A stretch of 64,000 nucleotides of DNA from Eledone cirrhosa (taxonomy: Eukaryota). Below are positions 38,345 through 51,897 of this stretch, one piece after another. The stretch is from NCBI GenBank assembly GCA_964016885.1, contig OZ024741.1:50716001-50780000 (forward strand), given 5' to 3'. The position numbers were made by a program, and so were the translations under genes. The first letter of the stretch is position 1; each line of letters opens with the position of its first letter. The notes beneath the pieces are model-generated. The model did no database searches and was not told the DNA's origin. It saw only the letters and a program-made list of their open reading frames with translations.

Positions 38345-38863
38345 AAAGGTAAACAGAAATAACACAATCGTTACAGTATATGGAAGGAATATATTAGGTT
38401 AACCCTTGATATAGCATGAAGAGAGTCTTAACGTTTCGGATGCAAGTTCTTCATCAGAAGAAATAAGATAGATTGAGGGAACGGGCGGGTTGGAATTCGA
38501 AGAAATGTCTTTAGATAAAAATAACAGGTCCATTCACTTTGACATCTCTTGCAAAACTGTTGGTGCTGGCGTTTTGTGTATGATTTACTTTTTAGAAAAG
38601 TGGATGATGGAGTGCATTTACCTGAAATGGAAAAACAAATCGTTTTGTAAAAATACTTGTGCACACTCTTTTACTCTTTTACCTGTTCCAGCCAGGTCAA
38701 AATTAACTTAGTTTATTCATATTCGGTGTTATATATATTTCGGTGATAACCATTATTCAACAGCTATGACGTCATCAGACAACTAGAACTTGAACAGAAA
38801 AAACAGAAAAACATAATGATGGAACAAAGTTTACCTCAGTTATTTCGATCTTTTGATATGCCC

Positions 38864-38867
<4 letters not shown>
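38340..38867 (-). mobile_element. PLE family B 3' region between (TA)n tracts; HHR motif at 38426-38461
   Basis: Homologous to 7332-7545. Confidence 0.65.
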
Positions 38868-38921
<54 letters not shown>

Positions 38922-38943
38922 TATATATGTATATATATGTATA

Positions 38944-39055
<112 letters not shown>

Positions 39056-39175
39056 TACATATATAACCCCTGGCGGCTCTCTTTATTTTTATTTTTTTAA
39101 TGACAGGCTGAATGAGCTGGGGTCCAGAACCCAAAGAAAATTAAGTACCTGTTTATGTCACTGTTGTGTGTGTGT

Positions 39176-39271
<96 letters not shown>

Positions 39272-39273
<2 letters not shown>

Positions 39274-39975
39274 TAGGATTGGTGCTCTGAAATAGCGATG
39301 TATACATGAATGTATGCACAGTATATTTGGTAATATACTGTATGTTTAATTAAAAACATTTTGAAGACCTTGCGTTATTATTTTAAAGTAGTGACTATGT
39401 CATTTACTTCTTTTTTCAGGAAAGGAGAGAAGCTGACAGATCTGTTTCACACTGTTGGTGTTCCCCAGAGCAACGTACTCGCCGACCTCTGCCGAAAATT
39501 ATAGAGGCTGGATTCTTATAGAATTCCAGTTATAATCAGAAACTGATTATACAGAGCGATTGCCTGTCCAGCGAAATATAAAATTAGGATTGGTGCTCTG
39601 AAATAGCGATGTATACATGAATGTATGTATGGTATATTTGGTAATATACTGCATGTTTAATTAAAACGTTTTTCAGAGCATCAATCCTAATTTTTAATTT
39701 TTGCTGGACCGGCAATCGCTCTGTATAATCAGTTCCTGATTATAACTGGAATTCTATAAGAATCCAGCCTCTATAATTTTCGGCAGAGGTCGGCCAGTAC
39801 GTTGCTCTGAGGAACACCAACAGTGTGAAACAAATCTGTCAGCTTCTCTCCCTTCCTTTGTTGAACAAAGAAGTAATTGACATAGTCACTACTTTAAAAT
39901 AATAGCGCAAGGTCTTCAAAATGTTTTAATTAAACATACAGTATATTACCAAATATACTATGCATACATTCATAT
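39272..39975. mobile_element. Retrozyme-like ~309-nt HHR monomer: 1.3 tandem copies (minus) plus one permuted inverted copy (plus)
   Basis: 39272-39360 repeats at 39583-39670; 39672-39972 is the reverse complement and spans the monomer junction; no ORF. Confidence 0.8.
39804..39843 (+). ncRNA. Hammerhead ribozyme with GUC site (mutated copy at 39431-39470, minus)
   Basis: GCT CTGAGGA ACAC-CAACA-GTGT GAAA CA(A/G)ATCTG TC AGC. Confidence 0.85.
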
Positions 39976-40021
39976 ATATATATACACATACATACATACA
40001 TACATACATACATACATACAT

Positions 40022-40630
40022 GGTGGCTGCCAACTCGTTTTCGAGTACGGCCACTACTTTACATCCATGTAGGAGAACCCCTACTGATGCGCTGAACGAG
40101 TGTGACTTTTTTAGTCCAGTCAGCGACTTGAAAACTCTGGTACAAACACTACACTTGTGACAATTACTGACACATAGTGCTGGGCCCATGGTACCATGTG
40201 ACACGTGCAGAGAGATCTCCAGATATAAAGCAATGCCTGTGCCGTGAAGCTTTTATACTGAGCAAAGGCACTGCACAAAGCCAGTCCCACTCTCTTAACC
40301 AATATGATATTTACCAAAAAGAAGAACAAGTCAACATCATTGGATACCATCAGAGTTGCAGGTGTTATATCAGAGTTTTCCTTCTCCTAGAATTCTGCCT
40401 TGACAAAGGCTAAGGGGTCATCTCTCCCGGTGATTTTGGATGGCCATTGACTCTTAAGAGCTCCTTTGCCCTTTGACAGGTTTTGTTTTTAGTCCTGCAG
40501 GATGTCCAAAGTCACCCTCCTCACCAAGAAACCTTGGTGGGGTTGCCAGTTTAGTCGCCAACGACCCGACCATGAGACAGGTTGTACTGGGATACATGTT
40601 ACCAGTAGCACCAACTGGTGACCTGACATA
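40022..40630 (-). mobile_element. Second copy of the RTE-derived non-autonomous element
   Basis: Reverse complement of 34717-35313; in (TACA)n. Confidence 0.85.
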
Positions 40631-40699
40631 CTACATACATACATACATACATACATACATAGATACATACATACATACATACATACATACATACATACA

Positions 40700-43645
40700 T
40701 AATTGAAAAGTATGTGTACAAACCAATCAAGAAGGGTTAATGCTAAAAATAATTAGGATGGAAGGATACTAAAAGTAGTGTGTTATAAATAAATAGTTAT
40801 ATATCAGAGTAAGTTAAAAAGAGTATAAATCTGATGGGAAAGGATATTAAACTAAGAGAGTATAGGGGATGTGGATGAGGAAATATAGATTAATATATAA
40901 GGTGGGAATAAGGAAAAAATAAAATAAAATAAAATAAAATAAAATAGATAAAAATAAAAATGAAAAAAAAAACAAACAAAAAAATAAAAACAAAAAAGGA
41001 GAAAATTTATACTAGTTATTGTGTGACGATAAGATAGGTTATGAGGGTACTTGGGATAGGTAAAAAGATAGCTAAGTCAACTAATAGAATCTAAGCAGGA
41101 TCAAATACTCTGCTAGCGAACGAGTAAGCCAAACGATGATGGTAATTAATTACGATTTCATTGCGATAATTTATTGGGCTGGGCTTAGACATAGTTATGA
41201 AAAAAGCTTCTTATAAACAGAGATCACAGTGATTTGTGACCATTGTAAGGAGAAGATTTAGCTAAAGATAATTCAGTATTTGACAGCTCTAGTTGATTAA
41301 TATATCTAGCTAAAGACGTAGTAAATTTTAAATTTCTATTCTTAAAGGTATGTTTATGGGAATTAAAACGAGTCTTAACACAGTTAGCAGTAGCTCCAAC
41401 ATGCGTTTTAGTGTCACTATTGGTGTTAACAGTGCATCTATATACTGCATTATTAGCAAGACAATGCCCATCAAGAGGGCAGTTATTAGGATTTCTACAA
41501 TTACAGTTAAGGTTAGAGGCATTGGAGTTAGTAGGTAAGGGAATAGAATGAGTAGGCGTGTCATTTGGAAGTGAAGTGACAGGGGAGTTAAAGGAAGACC
41601 TATTAAAGTTAGAATTATTAGTATTCAAAGGGCTAAATGGTAGGGGTAGATTAACAGAAAGGGAGGCACGATATTTGTTTAGTTTCTTATGGTTTCTAAA
41701 AGCAATATGGTCAGCGAGGTTAGGGGTAATAGAGAAAGAAATTTTAACATTATTTTTGTTAAATAATCTATAGTACTTATGGCTAGGTGGGAAGTTGCTG
41801 CGCAAGATGGAGAAAAACTTGGGGGGGGGGGGGGTTAGAAGCGACGCTACGGGAGAACGGAGGATTATACCAGGAAAAATGTCTAGACCTTTTTCGGTGA
41901 GGAGTACTTGCAGTACATGTTTATTGGTACATGTAGAGTATATTTTAAGTTATTATACATACTAAAGCATGAATTCTTAGTATTACAGAAAAGCAGTTGG
42001 TTAGGATATCTATTAGAATTAATCTTGAACTCATTGCTAGGAGTGGGTAGCAAACTATTGTTAGAAGACCTGTTCTTTCTAATTCTGTTTTTAAATCTAT
42101 TATTACTAGAAAAACAACTCTGCGCAATTACATTATTTTAAACTAAACTATAGGTAGATTGAAAAGCAGGGAGGTAATACATCTTATTGTTATAGGTTGA
42201 TTTAGAAATAGCCTCATTGTAGTACCAAGCTATTTCGTTAAATATGTTTTCATTCGCAGAGAGTCTAGAGATCCTATGGGAATAGACTTTATAATAGATT
42301 TAAGAACAGAGGGGTGGTGGTTAGAAAGACTATTAATATAAAGTTAGGATTTCACCAGGTTTATGACAAGGACGACAGAGACCTGTATCAAGGTCCAAAG
42401 TAGCATCTAGAAAATTAATGACTTTGTGGTTAGATTCGATAGTGATAGAGAGACCAAAGGCTTTAAAAAATCTACGCAAGAGTTTCTTAAGAAATTCAAT
42501 TCTACGTGCGTTAAAATTATCAAAAGTAAAGAGAGCGTCGTCTCTATATAAACCGCCTTGCAGCATGAGTAATTCTTTTTTCAGCTTGTGCAGGAGGTAA
42601 ATACCCACAAGGCAGAGTCACTTAACCCCATAGTGATGTCGAAATTATCAGGTCGATTAGCTCTAGTCCAGTAACTGCCGTTAAACTCTATTATAGTGCG
42701 TCTAGCAGTTAGTATAATATCTATTTCCTTCTTAGATAAATTAGTATTAGTTCTAGCTAAAATTAGAGCCTTATTTAACAAAATAGGTATAATAGTTATC
42801 AATGTCAAACTGTATGAATTTAAGATGATTCCTATCCTCAATTTTAGCAAACCAGTCAATTACTTGGTTAGTACCAAGCCAAAGTTTAAACCAATTTCTA
42901 TCCTTCATTTTAGCTGGGATATGGTCTAGATACACTTGCTTATTCAACCAATATCAGAAGTAGAAGGGTTTATAAACCTAACAAAGCGGTTATCTAAAAA
43001 GTAGCATTTATGGTCTTTCAGAGAGAACTTCAGGGTTCACAGGTTTATAGGGGTCTAATTATATTGTTCTTAGTGATTCTTCTCATATTAACTCTCTTGA
43101 ATAATATTGCACGCTATTTCTTTTCACACCTATATTCAATTTTTATTCTACCGTAATGAATAACAATAACACTTCTCATCCTTTTTAAAATATCTCCTTA
43201 GCATATCAACACTAACTTCCATTAAGAACCAGATTTTAATTCTTTTTATCAAATAGTCTCCCTTTCATCAAATTTATGCCCCTTGCTATTTACACTTGCT
43301 TACTTCCTGTTTTATAGTTCTTCCATTATTTAAACGTTTAACTTCTTTGATTTTAGAATGTATTTTAATTCTGTTTCGGTCCCTCGAATGATAAGTGGTA
43401 TGGTTTGTCTTTCATGTTTTTTGTAGTCCCCCGCTCCACCAGTGACATGTATTTTTGAATTTTATGTTTATTTTCTTTTTGGTTCTGAAGATGAAGTCAG
43501 TTCTTAGTTCAGTTTTATTATCTGTTTTTATCGATTATATAATTGATAACTTTAATTTTTATGAACTGAATTTTGATCTGATTTCTGAAACAACTGTAAA
43601 CCAATAAATATATTTGTTTATGAATTTGGTACTGCATTCTCTAAT
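40700..43645 (-). mobile_element. Decayed Hydra-like PLE (family E); coding part on minus, terminal HHR region (about 43050-43645) on plus
   Basis: FDITMG..DSA, GGLYRDD, NFLDATLDL, CNCRNPNNCPLDGHCL..AVY..HVGAT...KTRFNSHKHTF. Confidence 0.8.
43480..43603 (+). ncRNA. Hammerhead ribozyme with ~95-nt stem II
   Basis: TGGTT CTGAAGA T GAAGTCAG...CTGATTTC T GAAA CAACTG TA AACCA. Confidence 0.75.
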
Positions 43646-43661
43646 TATATATATATATATA

Positions 43662-43749
<88 letters not shown>

Positions 43750-43784
43750 CGTGTGTGTGTGTGCGTGTGTGCGTGCGTGTGTGT

Positions 43785-43848
<64 letters not shown>

Positions 43849-44023
43849 TACAAAAGGTACAATGTTTTCATAATGATTAATTTTATCAGTTCGATAATCC
43901 TTCCCTGAGATGAAACTGATCAGTCACCGTGAGAAATTGTACTTATATCTTCAATACAAATAAATATACTACTTATTTACACACACACACGCGCACACAC
44001 ACACGCGCACACACACACGCGCG

Positions 44024-44104
<81 letters not shown>

Positions 44105-44224
44105 AATACAATTGTTCAAATTTCAACGCGACTGATTTTTCACATTTCACTTCGTATCTTCTCAAGTACTTTCATGTCTTCTGCGACATTCTTCAGGTGA
44201 ATGTTAACACCACCATGTTATGTT

Positions 44225-44975
44225 ATTTTAGTGAATATTGGTGCTTTTGACGGAACACAAACCAGAAAGTTAATGAAATGCCAAAACTTCTCGAGTTCGA
44301 TAACTGATGTAGAACAAAGAGCATGGGATTCATTTGTGTCTGTTGTGAAAGGATTTTTGGGCAACAAAAAGGCAGAAAATTACAAGGATTTGGCGGAGAC
44401 ATTGCTTGATAGCTTTCATCTTTTAGGCTGCAACATGAACATAAAGATTCATTTCCCCAAGAGCCATCTCGATGAATTTCCTGCAAATCTTGGAAACGTG
44501 AGCGATGAACATGGCGAGCGCTTCCATCAAGATATCAAGGTTATGTAGGAGAGATATCAAGGTAGAAGGAACACACACATGATGGCAGACTACTGTTGGA
44601 GTCTTCAAACAGGCGGTGTAGACATGAAACACTCCAGGCGCTCTCGTAAGCGAAAATTTGTTTCACGAATATGTTGGTTAGTGTACGACTGTTTGTGCTT
44701 CATCCATTTTATTTGAGAATTAACAAGATGTATTTAATAAAAGGTGATGTTATCTTATATTTCATCTGTCATATCAGATTCTATTGATATTATAACTTAT
44801 GGTTTCAAGTTATATGACTTAATAATTCATCCTAAGTAAATTATATTATTCATACTGTACATTATAAAATAAGGATGTATTATAGAATGAAAACCTGATG
44901 TGTTAGGAAAAAATGGATGTAATCAACACCTCAGGATTAGTTAAAAATAACAACAAAACACAAGTCAGTAAAAAT
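44225..44975 (+). mobile_element. Chapaev3-like (CMC) transposase 3' remnant
   Basis: FDGTQ.RKL...GCNMNIKIHF..SHLDEFPANLG.VSDEHGERFHQDI...MMADYCW; superfamily assigned from memory of these motifs. Confidence 0.75.
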
Positions 44976-45330
44976 GTGAAGCATTTTCACATTTTCTACT
45001 TTAGAATTGGTGATGTTATTTTACGTCGTACATAATTCAAAATTATAAAATAATCTCAGTTAAGAATTACAGAACACACTAAATTGAATTAAATCAAACT
45101 AAATAAAACTAAATCAAATCGAATCAATATTACTGTCTATTCAGAACTGGTTTGAACTTTTCAATAAAATCTTTTCGCTTAATTTTCTTTTGACTTCCTT
45201 TGAGTCATGTATTTATGAAATGGGAATATTAAACATATTTTTATTGCAACATATTTCCAAATGACCACTTAGAGGGATCTGTTTGACATTAGGGTCTCTA
45301 ATCTGTTGACGGTATACTTGTGCTTGTGTT

Positions 45331-45650
45331 CTGATAATGAGATTCCTGTCTGATCAATGTATACTGGTCCGTCTTATAATGAGTTTCCCGTTGGACCAAT
45401 ATATACTGGTCGGTCTGATATTGAGCTGCCCGTCTGACCAATGTATACTAGTCCATCTGACCAATGTATACTGGTCTGTCTGACCAATGTATACTAGTCC
45501 ATCTGACCAATGTTTACTAGTCCATCTGACCAATGTATACTAGTCCATCTGACCAATGTATACTAGTCCATCTGACCAATGTATACTAGTCCATCTGACC
45601 AATGTATACTGGTCTGTCTGATAATGAATTCCTGTCTGGCCAATGTATAC
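45331..45650. repeat. Minisatellite: 42-bp units with an expanded 23-bp subunit
   Basis: CTGACCAATGTATACTAGTCCAT repeated about 8 times. Confidence 0.92.
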
Positions 45651-47889
45651 TTCTTCGCAATTCAGAATTTGATACAGTAAATCAGATTTCTGCTTTCACA
45701 GTTCATATTTGCATTCGCAAATATTTTTCTTCCAGGTTTTGTGTTGATATAATAACCATCACATATAAATCGAAATGTACCACAACGATTGTCATTACAC
45801 TTACTTGTACATACATATTATGGAGTTTTTATTATTGTTGTTTAGATAAAACGTTGCTCTTGTTAATAATTGTTAAATAAAATATGTTGTTTGTCTTTTG
45901 CTTTGAATATGTCTTCTATCAGTAATTTTGTCTTTACTTTAATACTTTGTCTGATAATCGGTATGATTGATTTAGCGACTTAAAACAATATTTTGATTAA
46001 ATAGATTGTCTGCCACTATAAACGGTGTCATACCTCTTTCTCGTGTTACCCGAAGCTGCTCTTTAGCTATTCGTTTCGCACGTTCTATACCATTCTATAA
46101 AAGGAGGAGTGTATATATGTTTTTTAGTAGAAATCCAAGTTATGCAAGTCTTTCATCTCTGGTAATTATATCAGCAACAATAGTATAAATTTTTCTGGTG
46201 AGACAGTAGGTTTTCTCGGCAGAGCTGTTCTGCTAGAGAACGGGTCGCATGTGGCGGATAGTGATACGGCCACCAGACATGATGGTTGTTGCAATATATG
46301 CGGGCAGTTGCAGGACGAATAAGCAGCCCTGGACCTACAGCGGTAAACTACTAGGGGAGATGGAGCAATGGGTGACACATGTAGCTCCCAAGAAAACTCT
46401 CACAATCCAGTAATGTAGCTATGACGAAGCGAGTAAAGGCCGCCTCTAAAAGAGCCTAGTCTTCGCAGGTTTGAGAAAGTACCAGATTGGTGACTGACGC
46501 GAGAAAGACCGCCAATACTGCAATATGGTGAGAGGAACGAAAGTGAGGATAGTCGGTTTTAAAATATGATGTAGATTGTTCAGGATGCTACTAAATTCAT
46601 AAAACACTCACCAAGGAAAAATCTCCCTTGAGTACACTATATACTTTCTTGCAAGAGCCGACAATTTTAAGTGGTTCTCTAAAATTAAACCGTGCGCAAC
46701 CATAGACGGTCTGAGAGCTGAAAATGTTAAAAGATATTTGTGTGGTCTTGTCTCGTCCATTTTATTCCTTTGCTCCTTTCTTCCTGTTACTTCTGTGGGC
46801 CAACACACTTCTAGCCGCTGATTTTTGTCCTTTGAGGTAAATTTTATCCGACGCTCTCATTGATGGCATTTTGCTGTTTTAACAGCTATTCTTGCGTTGA
46901 GTTTTTCTCATTATTCTGTGAATATTATAATCCCCAGCCCCCAATTTTTGATATAGTTTTTCTTCTAAATATCCTATTACCAAGTTTGCATATGTTGGAG
47001 CAAACTTAGTTTCCATGATTGTACCTTTGATTTATATGCGTTTTTTCCATTGAAAGATAATGTATTATTCTCAAGAATGAGAATAACTGCATCTAATATG
47101 CAGTCAATGGCGGATCTACTGAAAATCACCTCTCAAATATCAATCAATTATCTCCCTTTAACTAAACTAATGCTACTTAGATATCATCTCCATATTAATA
47201 TTCACCAAAATAACATGGTGATGTCAACATTCACCAGCAGACGTTCCAGAAAACATGAAAGTATTTGTGAAAATACGAATTAAATGGTGAAAAGAATCTA
47301 GGTGTGTTGAAATTTGATCGACATATATATATATATATACGCACACACACATACACATATACATACATAGTAATACATATAAATACATAAATACACACAC
47401 ACACACACACATATATATAGATACACGCACACTCACATATATAAGCTGAGGTCGTCTGTAGACTTATCAAAATCATAATAGAGACCACTTGTAAGGATAT
47501 CATTTGTATAAGTACAGAAAAATGGGCATTGTAGGAGAGATGGAATTAAAACGAAGGTAGAACTGAAGGTAGCACAATAAATCACAAAATGAGATATATA
47601 AAAAATTTCAATAAATAGTTAAAGAAAGAATTAATATAAAATAAAATATCCAAATTTAATGTCGTAAAATATATGGACGATGTATGAATTAAATATAAAA
47701 TAAATGGAACATATTTTCTTGATTATTATTTTAGGGGGTATTTTATGTTGTGTTGTACAAACTAGACTTCCTGACGTGCTGCATTATGCCGAAATCTATG
47801 TGGATAGTTTGAGGGTTTAATGTCGAGAGACAACGGGAGGAAGTGGAGAACGGCTTATTAAGTAATGGGGTCGTAATCGCTGCAGATAA

Positions 47890-48930
47890 CACTGGTCAAC
47901 AAAATTTTCCTTTTTTTTTCTGCTGACCTAAGTTTGAGACCTATTCTTGAGTAATTTGGGACCGTTGAGTTTAAAAATGACTATACTGTTTTTTATATCA
48001 CGTCAAGTTTTTGTTATCTTCTAGACTTAAAGAGAAGAATATACTGCAGAAAGAAACAAATGTAACTTTTTATCGGAACAGGGAAAAAGATCTCTTGGCA
48101 TTCTTTAAAACTGAAAAAGATTTTGTTTACTGTTGTGACGTGGCGGGACTGTTAAAAGTGATGTTGCTCCACAGTATGATCCTCATGAATGGAGACTCTT
48201 TATAGACAGTTCAAAGAAGAGTCTAAAATGTGTATTACTCCAAATAAAAACTTGTTAGGTGCAATTCCTATTTGTCACTCTGTGCACTTAAAAGAGAAGC
48301 AACAAAACATAAAAACTGCATTAGATTTACTCAAGTATGATGAACACAAATGGGTCATATGTGTGGATCTGAAAATGGTCAACTTTTTACTTGCCCAACA
48401 AGGAGGGTATATGAAATATCCATGTTTTCCGTGTTTATGGGATAGCCGAGCACTGGCCAGTTAGAAAAAGTTTAACTGTTGGAGAGAAGAATATCAAACA
48501 CCAACCACTTGTTGGGCGAGAGAAAATCATCTTCCCACCCCTTCATATTAAACTAGGATTAATGAAGCAGTTTGTCAAAGCTCTTAATGTTAATGTTTCA
48601 AATTCATATGTACAATATTTCCTGGCCTAAGTTATGATAAAAGGCTGTTGTTTTTGACGGGCCACAAATCAGAAAATGAATGAAATGCCAAAACTTCTCG
48701 AGCTCGATAACTGACGTAGAAAAAAGAGCATGGGATTCGTTTGTGTCTGTTGTGAAAGGATTTTGGGGCAGAAAAAAGGCTGCTAACTACAAGGATTTGG
48801 TGGAGACATTGCTTGATAGCTTTCATCTTTTAGGCTCAAGTGCCATCTCAATTAATTTCCTGCTAATCTTGGAGTCGTGAGCGATGAACATGGGAGCGCT
48901 TCCATCAAGATATCAAGGTTATGCAGGAGA
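47890..48930 (+). mobile_element. Chapaev3-like transposon: left terminus + internally deleted transposase
   Basis: Starts TAA|CACTGGTCAACAAAA; WVICVDLKMVNFLL.QQGGY.KYPCF.CLWDSRA, PPLHIKLGLMKQFVKAL; homologous to 44225-44550. Confidence 0.75.
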
Positions 48931-49069
48931 GATTTTTTTCCTAACACATCAGGTTGTTGTCACACAAATGCAACACTTTACCTTTTTACTCTCCACTCTA
49001 TATGCAGGATGGTGCTCTCTGAGAGATGTATTTGTTCAAGGATGGTATCAACATTTTTTTAAAAATTAG

Positions 49070-50545
49070 TTTGGATGAAGAGTTCTATCCCCATCCCCGA
49101 TAAGTTTTCCTTTGTGGCCTGGTAGACTTCGAGGATTTTTTATATTCTCAATGTCTACCGTGACCACTTGGAGTTAGCTAAGGAATGGCTATTTCAGGCG
49201 GCACCAACTGCACACAGATTCTTGCTAACCTCTGGCCGTAATAATACGGGACGAGTAAGATTTCGTCTCTTTTCAGTGGTTTTAATGAGTGAGACCTTGC
49301 TTCTTCTTCTGTAGCAAATCTCACCTCCACTGTGGCGAAACCCCTGCCTCTTTCAATATAGGTTTTTAGGTTCCAGACGAAGCCTAGTGCCTTTTGTATA
49401 TGAGCCTCGGTTGTTCTCTCCACCCGTCTCATCACTGAGGGACGTACTGTATTTTAGATAGCGTCAACTGAGGTGTTAACTTTTTTGGAAGGACTTTGTT
49501 GTACTGGTGACAGAGAAACTTCCGTTGATACCTGTTGCAGCCATTGTTGTTGTCCTGGTGTTGGTGTTTATGGTTGGTTTGCCGGTTGGCTGGTTAATCT
49601 GTTGCTGTTGTTCTTGTTGTTGTCGTTGTCGTTGTTGCTGTTGTTGTTCTCGTGGTTGTTGTTGTAGCTGCTGCTGTTATTGTTGTTGTATTGTTTTTGT
49701 TTTTGTTGTAGCTGTTGTTGTTGTCGTTGTCGTTGTAGCAGCTGCTGCCATTGTTGTTGTTGTTGTTGTTTTTGTCATCGTCGTCGTTGTTGTTATTGTT
49801 GTTGTGGTTTCGGCTGCTGCTGTCATTGTTGTTGTTGTTGTTGTTGTTGCTGCTGCTGCTATCATCGTTGTTGCTGTTATTGTTGTTGCTGTTGTCGTTG
49901 TTGTTGTTGTTGTTGTTGCTGCTGCTGCTGTTGTTGTTGTTGCTGTTGTTGCTGTTGTTGTTGCTGCTACTGCTGTTGTTGTTGCTGTTGTTCACTCGAA
50001 ACAGTCATCTCACAGACGAGCGAATCTGCTTTGTTTTCGTTGTTGTTGTTGTCGTAGTCGTCGTCGTCGTTGTTGTTGTTGTTGTTGTTGTTGTTGTAGT
50101 CCATGCTTAAATAATTTTATTTGGTGTTTAAATCCGTATTGTTTGAAATAACAATACGGATTTATTCATTTTTTTTTCTACTTCGTTTGTTAAATGACAG
50201 ACGCTGTTATCCAGACGGCACATTTATATTTTAGGTGTTGAAAGGTTCTCCCTCTCACTTTCTGATGTAGTAAAGCTCTCTCTTTCTCTTTTAAATTGTG
50301 GTAATCTATTATTTTTGTTTAACAAAAATGTAGGTGCTGATACTAAGATTTTAAAGTCACGAAACTCCCCACTATCCCCTGAGAGTGTCCTTCCAAATAC
50401 GACAACCACAAATACCACACGTAGGTTAGTTCATTTTAGTTTTTGTTAAGTTTAAAACTTTGAACAAAAAATTAGGAGTCGGTGGCAAAAAATCAAAAGT
50501 CCTGGAAATTTTTGCAGAGCCGAGATGAAACTTGGCTTTCATTTC
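49070..50545 (-). mobile_element. Probable Tx1/L1 5' portion (ORF1 remnant) with (AAC/AGC)n low-complexity tract at 49600-50100
   Basis: ORF 49178-49435 (VEVRFATEEEARSHS..PL....LLVPYYYGQRLARICV..VPPEI) resembles an L1/Tx1 ORF1 RRM region. Confidence 0.5.
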
Positions 50546-50559
50546 AGTAGTCAATATAA

Positions 50560-50773
50560 TGGTTTCTGATTTAGGCACAAGGTCAACAATTTCGGGGAGG
50601 GTAAAGTTGAGTAAATCGACTCCAGTGCATTACTGGTACTTCATTTTATAGACTGTGTTAAGGATGAAAGGCAAAGCTAACCTCGGCGAAATTTGAACTC
50701 AGAACGTAAAGGGACGTAACTATATACCGCAAAGCATTTTGTCCGACGCTCTATCAATTCTCCCAATACCGCC
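50560..50773 (-). mobile_element. tRNA-derived SINE
   Basis: Same family as 17718-17907. Confidence 0.8.
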
Positions 50774-50819
50774 ATACCAATAATAATAGTATTCGCGCCA
50801 TCACAATCTCCACCCAAAT

Positions 50820-51284
50820 AACCATCACCACCACCACCACCACCATCGTCACCAGCACCATCGCCATCATCACCACCACACCACACCATCACCATCACCA
50901 CCACCATCACCACCACACTATCACCACTACCATCTCCGTCACCACCACAACCACCGCCGCTGCCGCCGCCACCGCCACCACCACTACCACCACCACCAAC
51001 ACCGCCGCCACCACCGCAGTCGCCTCCGCCGCCTCCGCCGCCTACGCCGCCTCCAGCGCCGCCGCCGCCTCCAGCGCCGCCGCCGCCTCCGCCGCCTCCA
51101 GCGCCGCCGCCTCCGCCTCCAGTGCCGCCGCCTCCGCCTCCAGCGCCGCCGCCTCCGCCTCCAGCGCCGCCGCCTCCGCCTCCAGCGCCGCCGCCTCCGC
51201 CGCCTCCAGCGCCGCCGCCTCCGCCGCCTCCAGCGCCGCCGCCTCCGCCGCCTCCAGCGCCGCCGTCGCCTCCAGCGCCGCCGT

Positions 51285-51317
<33 letters not shown>

Positions 51318-51365
51318 TGCCGCCACCGCCGCCGCCACCGCCACCACCACCATCGCAGTCGCCTT

Positions 51366-51416
<51 letters not shown>

Positions 51417-51500
51417 GACCGCCGCCGCCGCCATCACCCCCATCACCACCACCACCGCAGCCGCCGCAACCACCACCACAATACTACCCCTCCCACCATC
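50820..51500. repeat. (CCA)n to (CCG)n trinucleotide array with 18/21-bp higher-order units
   Basis: GCCTCCAGCGCCGCC-type units. Confidence 0.9.
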
Positions 51501-51739
51501 ATTATCATATAAGAATATAAAAAAAAAAACTATAAAAAAAGAACTATAAAGGCAACAATAATAACAACAAAAGGAAGAACAATCATTGATTGAGCTAATT
51601 AATTAATTATGAGAATTGTCACATTAATTAGTATAATTTATTGACATTACAATGACCTTTGCTGTGCAAGGCTTCATTAAACTTCATAGGATATTTATTT
51701 AAACCACATCGTACAATTGATTGATAGCAGACGATGTTA

Positions 51740-51849
51740 CAACATACACATATACACACACACAAATGTACACGTACGTACACACATATACATCTATACG
51801 TACATACATACATACATACATACATACATACATACATACATACATGCAT

Positions 51850-51897
<48 letters not shown>

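Noticed and set aside
43846-43930. HHR 3' half (GAAACTGATCAGTC)
   Set aside because: No CUGANGA core found upstream.
45331-45650. CRISPR-like array
   Set aside because: No unique spacers, eukaryotic context and no cas genes.
45990-47280. Possible host exons or old LINE
   Set aside because: Too degenerate to assign by eye; no convincing motif.
51042-51520. Poly-Pro (formin FH1-like) or Ala/Glu helical-repeat ORF
   Set aside because: It grades continuously into (CCA)n microsatellite, with no splice context or flanking domain.
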